A model generated the notes under the pieces. The model had not been told where the DNA came from. It ran no database searches and saw nothing but the letters and a program-made list of their open reading frames with translations. Made by a program: the position numbers and the translations under genes. From assembly GCA_023231475.1 (NCBI GenBank), contig JALJEE010002407.1:45773-65772 (forward strand): a stretch of DNA of 20,000 nucleotides, in the 5' to 3' direction. Each line of letters begins with the position of its first letter. The stretch's first letter is position 1. This DNA is from Seison nebaliae (lineage: Eukaryota). This document shows positions 11,932 through 20,000 of the stretch, one piece after another.

Positions 11932-14900
11932 TTATCCGATAAATTTCTTTCGAATACATCTACCCGGCAATTTCTCACGCCATTCTTCCGAGCATTGTTC
12001 GACTACTATCAATTCATTTTTTATTTCATCATCCGATCTCATCGTACGACAATGTCCAAACGCAATGATCTATCAATTAATACACGAACAGATTATCAAT
12101 TAGTTGGATAAATCGAAAGTGTAACTTCGTCATGAGAAACCAAACGGAAATTTCCAGTTTTTGGTGCTTCATTCCATCTTCTCTTACGGTTCTCATCAGC
12201 GTTCCAAAAGTTCACTTCATATTCGGGCATTCGCTAAAAAAAATGAAACAATTTAAAATTTTGAAAGTGTGGAAAATAAAATGGAGAGAAAATGTACAAG
12301 AAATGCACAAGTTAGGCACAAAAAATGCACGAAAATATTTGAATAATTAAATTTTTCTCCGGACTTGAAACAAATGAAAATTGTTTTAACTTCATTCCTA
12401 TTTATCACATAATATCGATTGTTGGCGAAAACGATAAATTTATCTGTCGATATATAATCAATAGATAATGGACAGAACGGAAGTGCCACCCAATGTAAGG
12501 GCCATCGTTGCGTGTATTCTTTCGTCGTCTCCCACGAAATGTTACAATTCGCTTCCATGAAACTATAAAGCTTCTTACACCAATCATTCCTTTCCAATTG
12601 GGAAGCAGTGATGGTTTGTGCACTTTCCAAATCTTCCTCACTTTCATCCACATTAGTTGGCGACGCCACAGCATTTAGTTTATATTCTATAATCTGAACA
12701 GAAATGTAAATAGAAAATGAATTGAAGAGAATTGAACTTCTTTATTGGTGAACATAAAAAGAATATGATTTAATTCACTATTGATTCCATAACAATCGAT
12801 ATTTAGATCAAAATTTAAATAATCAATTGCCATCAATTGGAATTGATTATCGAACCGAAGAAATAAATTTTTTCCGTTACTCAACGAGATGAATATTCGG
12901 AATTGATCGATCAATTCTATCAATTTGAAGTGCAATATCCTCAACAATTTTCTACATTTCGGGAAATTGAGAGTGAGAATCAAATTCATTTCGTTCTCCA
13001 CATGGAAAATTTTCATTTGAAAATCTATATCATTTTTACATAATTTCTCCGATTTCCCCATATGAATGGATGAGAATGTTGAATGTTCATTTGGATAATC
13101 GTCAATTGTATAAATGGATTTACTCTTATTTTTCATTTCACCATCATAATCGATGGCGATCAAATATAAATCGTTATTTTTATTATATAATTGGACATGT
13201 GCCAATTTCATGGGCATCTTTCGACATCGAGTGAGAAGAACTGTCTCTTTAAGTAATTTGCGAGATGATGGTGATAATTCATATTCCAAACGATAAAGAT
13301 AAAGATGATCTGTTGTCGTAAATGAGAGATAATAAAGAAATGAATCTTCATTCCCTCCCATATTATTTGACATATCGATCGATGTCACATGAACCGAATC
13401 GATTTGTCTTGATAAACATAATTCTGCTAATTTCGATATTTGAAATCGAAGATCTGATTGGCGATTCTCTTTAAATCTCTTCAAAATCGATTCATTTTCT
13501 TTCAATTCATAAATTGTTATCGAATTTGTCCCTCGATAAATGATCAAATTATCTTTAACGAAAATTTTCTTATTCTAAAAAAGGTTGTTAAAATGCGATT
13601 TGTAAAAATTTAACAATTTTATCGAAATATGAAATTTTCACCACCGTTCCCAATTTATTTTTCATTCTTTTCTCTACCAACGTCAAATTGATGATATTAA
13701 TATCACAATCGGCACTACCCGTCAATAAATATTCATTTTTTTCTTTTTCATCGAAATAATATTGGACCGTTTCAATATCTCCTTTATGTTTCGTCCACAA
13801 TTTATCGTTCGTCTTCCAAATAATCGTCTTCTCTTCATTTATCGTATAACTCAATTTCCATACACAATGATCCATTCCCACACAATAAAACATTCTTCTC
13901 TCCTTCAAATATTCAATTTAAATATTTAATTGAAAATAAATTTTTTAAATTAGTTTAAACTTTCACCAAAATCATATCCAAAATGGACGACACACTTAAT
14001 TTGAATTGTTTTAATAAAATTTCTCCTTCGACATTCCAAACGGAAACGGTGCCCGTCGAATCGCCACTAACCAAAATATTCATTTCCATTTGATAATTTC
14101 TGAAAATAATTTTTTTAGATTAATCTTTAAACGTTGAATAGACGAACGGTAAAAATAATAATTTCCAAATTATTAAATCATCAAAACGACGTTGATGACC
14201 GACATTAATTGAATGATATTTTTTCAATGATTTATTCTCATTATTCATCGTATAAACATCAATCACGTCATTTCCACCCATAGCTAATAAACGTCCGTTG
14301 TCATTCCAATTAGCACAAATTATTCGATTAACTCCACGTCGAATTACTTGAAATGATTCCATCGATGGCACCGAAATCAGATTGATCACTCCCTCCTCCG
14401 TTCCCAGCTAAAATAAATTATGAGACAACATTCTTGCACTTAAAAAGTAACAGCGAAAATGGAGAAGGAATCATTATATGACATGGTCCAAACGGCTCCA
14501 CCATCAACTGGACATTCTATCTGAAAAAAAAGTTTTAAAAAATTCTAAAAAATTTTTTTTTAAAAATTCAACTTTTGTTTGGAAATTTCTTGGGAATAAT
14601 TCTAGAAATTTACCAAACGTTCCCGAAACGTAAATTTGAGAATTGACAACTTCGAACGATTCTATCTTTCCGTCACCGATCCATTTCTCTTCCTTAATTT
14701 TATATCATGAATAAGTTCATTTTCGATTGAATAAATGTCTAACATGATCTAACATCCAATTGCCATTCACCAACGAATGTTCCTCAATTACATTGCTTTG
14801 TCTACTCATAGAATTATTGGATGAATGATTCGTAGAAGAAAATTGTTAACCTGACAACAAATAAATGTTCGTCTTTTAAATCGATATAAAGACGTCGAAC

Positions 14901-14951
14901 GAAATCAACTTGGAAGTCGAGATTGTTAATTTTATGAAGAATTGTATTCAT
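11932..14951 (-). CDS. UTP4: U3 snoRNA-associated protein 4 / cirhin (WD40, SSU processome UTP-A), 11 exons
   Basis: The spliced product parallels recalled human UTP4: LFVVRQSNVIEEHSL (LAVSRTDGTVEIYNL), DGGAVWTMS..LGTEEGVI (FGGPIWSMA..VGCEDGSV), RIICANW (RILSLSW), LVSGDSTGTVSVWN (IISVDSAGKVQFWD), C-terminus LIVVEQ..EKLPGRCIRKKFIG* (LVAVER..QLPPPIKKKKFGT). Introns: 14850-14802, 14743-14693, 14572-14521, 14451-14408, 14147-14100, 13960-13903, 13614-13575, 12737-12694, 12390-12234, 12125-12070. An in-frame upstream ATG exists at 15092. Confidence 0.9.
12289..12337. repeat. Degenerate ~11-12 bp tandem repeat inside the long UTP4 intron
   Basis: aaaatgtacaag / aaatgcacaag / ttaggcacaa / aaaatgcacgaa: four copies of an (AAATG)C/TACAA-like unit. 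Confidence 0.65.
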
Positions 14952-15799
14952 CTTTAGCACGTTCGCGTAAATAATTTTCTGACGCCTAACCTTAAATTTC
15001 AAATTGAAATATAAGAAATAATCATCGGTAGAGTTGGTAGATGAATTTTGAAGATTATTTTCGATGCGACATTTTGAAAATTGGTCTGACATTTGAATTC
15101 TAAATTATTTGCCGCGTGTTTCCTCCAATTTGAAAAAAAAATCACATTTCACATCTTGTTACAGGGACTTATAGTAGAGAGATATTATAGTTTCTTCATA
15201 ATCACTCTTACTTTACTCCAGTCAGTTCATTAATAGAATGCAAATAACTTATAAACCATGTTACAATTTTTATAACTATTTTTTTATAAACTACTATTTA
15301 TAACGAATCTAATCATGAGGAATTTAAAAGAATTTAAATATAATATGAGAAAATAAGTAGTAAAACTGTATGTTATTGAAAAAAAGGTCGAAAATCTGAA
15401 CTTATAGATCGAAAAGGATTTGAATTTTAGAATGCGAATTCATTTTTATAATTTAGAAAATTTTAAATTAAAAAAAATACGATCATCAATTAATTTGGAA
15501 TGAACGGTGCGAATTAATGATTTAATTGTCAATTGGAATTAGAAAAGAAAAAATTCATTTTTTCCGCAATACAATAAAAATCAATGGTTCCTCATTCAAG
15601 GTGGAAGGTTAAAGATGGTAGAAGAATTCAGAATTTAAAAATTAAATTTAAAAAAGTTTTATTCAAAAGAAAAAAACAATAAAATATTTTATTTTTCCAT
15701 TTTTTATTTATTTTTAGTTCATTAATGTCAACATGTTTTCGTTCGAATTTTTTCATTTATAAATTTATCAAGTTTCTTCATCAGAAGTTTGATGCATTG

Positions 15800-15805
15800 T
15801 TTATT
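15800..15805 (-). promoter_or_regulatory. Candidate polyadenylation signal of COG4
   Basis: AATAAA on minus ~60 nt after the stop at 15866. Confidence 0.35.
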
Positions 15806-15865
15806 AATCAGAAATAATTAGTGAATGGATAAAATTGGAAAAGAAATAATTATTATAAATTTTAA

Positions 15866-18321
15866 TTATAGTGAACTGCCATATTTGTCGACGGTTCTTC
15901 TGATTTCATCGATGGAGAAATCGGATCTGATAAATAAAGAGAAATTTAAGAATAATTTTAGAAGAGAATAATAACCTTAATTTCATGATATTTTCGACGT
16001 CTTTTTTTGAGAATCGTCCTATGGTACTGGACGGTATGAGAAGTTCGATACAATCACATAATTCGTGCGGGGATTCCATGAGCAGAAGAGTTGAAATACC
16101 TGAGAGTCGAAAGAGTTTCTCTCGAATACTCCAATTCATTCGATTGGTAAAGAAGTGGAGTATTCGTCGTACTTGTTTATCAAATATCGTCGCTCCAAAC
16201 TAAAAAAAAGAAAAAATTATATGTTAAAAAATTCAAATAAAACTTTAGTGAAAGTAAATTTGATGATAGTTTTCTCTATTAATTGAGTGATCTCTTTCGC
16301 CATCCAAATAATGAGTTTATTTAAATATTCCTCGAAAAGAATTTGAGAATTCTCTTTAATTATCACATCGAATTGACAAATGCAATCTAATAACACCGAA
16401 TCATCAGGAATGGGATCTTGAATAGTTAAATTGTAGAAAGTTTTCTTGAATTGATCTTGCACACACTTCCTCAATAAACTTCTCACATTGTTCGTTGTGT
16501 AATGATTGAGACGAGTCTCGCCGATCTCTTCGAATTTTTCCGCTGAACTTTTACACAATTCATAAACACAAGATTGTAACATTTGAATTTGGTTTTCTGT
16601 CAATTCATGACGAATTGCCAAATTGTTAATTTGTTGATTAAAATCACTAAATAATTTCTGAGAATTGCGACATATGATGGAAATGGTATTTAATCGTGCT
16701 AAATAACAAATAAATTTCTGTTCGTTCTTATTCTCTTTTTCTTTATTCTCCACGAAATTGTTATGATCGAATGAGAAAGAGGAATATTTGTCGAAACATT
16801 TTTGTGTATATTTCAAATAATTTCCACTCATCAAACTATTGAGATGTTGACAGAGTGAACAACTGACATCGATGGAAGCGGTCGATATGGCTAATTGGAA
16901 ATAAGTTTGAATAATGTAAAATATTTCGTCACAACTGGAATAGATGTTGATGGAATTTTGATCATTCACTTGACATTGTATTAATGAATCAGTCGAGTAA
17001 ATTTTATTTAACATAATTTGCAAATTCATCTCCACCATATGAATATATGACGCATTGATCGAATGATATACTTCACTTAATTTGAATCGTTTGAGAACGA
17101 TTTCTCCCACCAATTCCTCATCGATCTCTTCGTTCGATATCGAATTATCTTTGAATGAAATTCCGTTTAAATATCGTTGAATAAATAACGATTCTTTCGA
17201 GAATGTCGCTTCCTTCCAAATTAATTAAAAAATTTCAAATTTAAAAAATTTGGGAAACTTTAAAAGTTTTCTTGAGAAACGTCCGATATAAATGATACGA
17301 CGAAATTATCGATGAATAAATCTGAAGATTCTCTTCAATTTTATCTTTCTAAAATTAAAAAAATTTTTTGAAATAATTTTTAAAAATTTTAAAAATTAAA
17401 AATGAGGAAAAAAACCTGCATCATTTTCGGTTGAGATTCCATCCATGCTAATAAGAGAGAAATCGTCATCTCATTACAGATTGCGTCATGAATTTGACAA
17501 ATGAAGATGAATAAACTGGTTCGACCTAAATCGATGATAAATTTTGATGGAAATGGAAATGGAATTTTGAACTGTAAAATTTTTGGAGAACAAGTCGACG
17601 AGACTCGATTGTATCTGCTAATGATTCGAAGATACTTCTCAATTTGATTTGAATTATTGAATCACTTTCTCGGAGAAATCCAATTCGATTCTTTAATTGT
17701 TCCACAATGAATTTGGAATATATTTCAATTCCCTAAATCATTCCGATGGAATTAATTTAAATAAAGAAAATTGATAAATACTTCTCGTTCTAATGAAATT
17801 CGAGGAAGGAGAATAATAAATCGATCCACTTCCTCCATATTCATCTTCTCAATATTCTTCCGTAATTCATTGAGAAGAACATCCTGAACTTTCTTCAATT
17901 GCTGACAATCTGTTACGTCGATATCATCATCATCTGACGGATTGGTAGAAACGAGTTCCGCAGCTTTCTCAAAATCTTTTCTGTTCAATGCATCAGTCAC
18001 TCCATCGAAACATTCCTCTTTCTTCAATCGTTGAGAAACGCGTTTGTGCAACGAATCGGCATTTTGTTTAGTGAAATCTAATTTCCTCATCGTTTCCGAC
18101 ACTTGTGATGCGAGACGATTTGTCTCCTTCAATTTTTTATTCATATCACGACCTATTCTTTCCACATTCTGCAGACGATGATCAAATCCTTTTATTTCTT
18201 CCAATTTCCCATTGAACATCTTCTCACATTCCTTACACATTTCTCTCAATTCATTCTCAACATCTTTCTTCTCCTTCAACAATTCCACTTTTCTTTCTTT
18301 CCATTCATCAACTCTATTCAT
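15866..18321 (-). CDS. COG4: Conserved oligomeric Golgi complex subunit 4, 7 exons
   Basis: N-terminal coiled coil LASQVSETMRKLDFTK..CFDGVTDALNRKDFEKAA (recalled human LAENVSSKVRQLDLAK..CMDGVQTALRSEDYEQAA), EVDRFIILLPRISLEREG, and C-terminal FTKFGATIFDKQVRR..WSIREKLFRLSGI..MKLRSDF (FNRLGGLQFDKELRS..WTIRDKFARLSQM..LALRIDF). Introns: 17781-17733, 17572-17526, 17415-17349, 17258-17213, 16243-16200, 15975-15927. Confidence 0.93.
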
Positions 18322-19039
18322 TGTCTCTCAAAAACACATCTGACGACGAAATTTTACTTTTAATTTAAATTAAGCTCTCGAATTAAAGTACACAATTCTT
18401 TCAATTCTCATTTACCGTTGCACATTCTCCAAAAATATTTTCTCATCATTCATTTCTTTTTAAAGTTAATTTCATACCAAAAGAGCGTTGATATGGATAA
18501 AAACCGAGTTGTAGGAAATGTAAATCAATAATGCCTAAAAGATTTCCTTTCAATAACCAAATAATGGTTTAAAATTTATATGTTTTTGTAAGTGAAAAAA
18601 ATCATTAAATATAATTTGTTCATGTTTTTCTCGATCATTCAATAATAGTTTTTTATTAATTGCCAATCATAAACTTAAATTGACGAATATGTCATTGAAA
18701 TGGAATTTATAAATAGAACTCACCAATATGGGTTTTCTTTGGTCCATATTATTCTTCGATATTTTCGGGAAGGAGTCGATAACTTTCTTAAAATCATTCA
18801 TCTTAACTGACGTAAGATAATAAAGAGTTTCATTGTTTTCAACGAATCGTCAAACCTCTTGTGTTTCAATCTTTAGTTGTGGCTAATTTTTGTTCATTAA
18901 TATTATTCACGAATTTAGAAAAATGTATTCAAATATGAAATTTTTGTGAAAAATAAAAATAATTTTATTTCCTAATAATTATAATAAAATTAAATCTGTC
19001 AAAATTTTAAGAAACTTGATCTTACTACACTGTCGGTGT

Positions 19040-19045
19040 TTTATT
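19040..19045 (-). promoter_or_regulatory. Candidate polyadenylation signal of MIF
   Basis: AATAAA on minus ~50 nt after the stop at 19094. Confidence 0.35.
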
Positions 19046-19093
19046 ATTGATTAATATTATTAATTTTAGAAATTTATCGATTATTATGTTTGG

Positions 19094-19438
19094 TTATTGG
19101 GCGAACGTCTTCCCATCATATCCAACGAAAGCTCTTGGCGCGTCAAAGAAACCGATGTACATCCGATTTTGCGGAATGTTCAAATTCTTCGAGATATGCT
19201 CCATAATATTAGCCGTCAATTTCTTATTCTCCTCAGGACCCAGTTTCCCGATCGAAGTCAAATGCATCAATGCACAGGGTTCAGTCGTTCCTCCAAAACT
19301 CATATAATCATTTTGTTTGACGTTGACTGCAATGTATGACTTAGGTTTTCCTAACAATTTAGCCAGAAGATCAGGTAATGACTTGAAAACGACATCAAGT
19401 CCTGATTTGACATTCGTCTCTAATAGAAAAATGGGCAT
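19094..19438 (-). CDS. MIF: Macrophage migration inhibitory factor (tautomerase/MIF family), single exon, 114 aa
   Basis: N-terminal M-P (catalytic Pro1), ETNV, LGKPKSYIAV, MSFGGTTEPCA, LTSIGKLG..ENK, RMYIGF.D, VGYDGKTFA; length typical of the family. Confidence 0.96.
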   Translation of the reverse strand: MPIFLLETNVKSGLDVVFKSLPDLLAKLLGKPKSYIAVNVKQNDYMSFGGTTEPCALMHLTSIGKLGPEENKKLTANIMEHISKNLNIPQNRMYIGFFDAPRAFVGYDGKTFAQ

Positions 19439-19726
19439 GTTAATTCTTTAGTATGATTATTAGAAGAATAAACATTTAAGATATTAGATATTAACAAACA
19501 TTTTTTTCAGAATATAATTTCTTTCCAAATTAATTATCGGAAAGGAATTAGAATTTCAAAAATTTTAGCTTCAAATTCTTTATTTTAGTTTTTTTTTCAA
19601 AAATTTTATAGTTTTTTAACCGATTTTACAAAATCTCTAGGAATTAAAATTATTCACCAACATAAATTTCAATATATGGAAAAATAGAATATCTTCAAAA
19701 AAAAGGAAAAAAAATTTTTTTTTTGA

Positions 19727-20000
19727 CATGTCAACTATAAAAATAATAAAGCTAATGAAGAATCGGAGGACGATCTCAGTTTGCCAACTGATAATCTCAC
19801 GCAGACAATGGTTGTTACTATTATTGAAGAGGCGAATGACGAGATAAATTTGAAAAATGATAACAGTATTGGCAGGAAACGTGGACGACCACGAACACGT
19901 TCAATCCTCCCAGTAGGCGGTAGAGGTAAAACACCTAAATCGAAGAGAAGTACTGTGGATACGAACAACGACAAACTGGTTAACATAACTAATATCCTCA
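19727..20000 (+). CDS. Partial ORF with an AT-hook motif (chromatin protein or transposon-derived), runs off the window
   Basis: Stop-free frame from 19727 to the end: ..ANEESEDDLSLPTDNLTQTMVVTIIEEANDEINLKNDNSIGRKRGRPRTRSILPVGGRGKTPKSKRS..; AT-hook GRKRGRPR at 19871-19894; first in-frame ATG at 19808. Confidence 0.6.

Noticed and set aside
15225..15310. Repeated TTATAAC/TTATAAAC words upstream of UTP4
   Set aside because: Irregular spacing and very AT-rich; not distinguishable from background by eye.
3626..18321. Fragmented ORFs read as pseudogenes, frameshifting or an alternative genetic code
   Set aside because: All breaks resolve with short GT-AG introns under the standard code, with TAA stops at homologous ends for UTP4 and COG4.
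18340..18452. Upstream coding exon for COG4 (MNDEKIFLENVQR, donor GTAAAT)
   Set aside because: Splicing to the CAG at 18340 does not join the COG4 frame, and an in-frame TGA precedes ATG 18321; at most a uORF or 5' UTR intron.
3404..19339. Short plus-strand ORFs (e.g. 4510, 4601, 7930, 9149, 10048, 11382, 11878, 15985, 18178, 19047, 19097)
   Set aside because: Mostly antisense shadows of minus-strand exons, with no independent evidence.
1..20000. CRISPR arrays, tRNA/rRNA, prokaryotic systems, U12-type introns
   Set aside because: No regularly spaced repeats, no cloverleaf or rRNA-like segments, and no RTATCCTT donors among the inferred introns; the window is spliceosomal eukaryotic DNA.

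Overview
AT-rich, intron-dense eukaryotic DNA, most likely from an invertebrate with a compact genome; the species cannot be determined from the window. Four genes lie in tandem on the minus strand: a large single-pass cadherin-related protein (~11674-3626, 37 introns), the ribosome-biogenesis WD40 protein UTP4/cirhin (14951-11932, 10 introns), Golgi tether subunit COG4 (18321-15866, 6 introns) and an intronless MIF (19438-19094). An AT-hook ORF starts on the plus strand at the right edge, and 1-3600 has no gene I can support. The most striking signal came from splicing the three split genes by hand: 50 of 53 inferred introns start GTT (2 GTA, 1 GTC), none is GTAAGT/GTGAGT, +4..+6 and exon -1 are barely constrained, most introns are ~40-60 nt, and AAG acceptors are frequent. 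This points to an unusual 5' splice-site code. All exon structures are manual inferences without RNA evidence.
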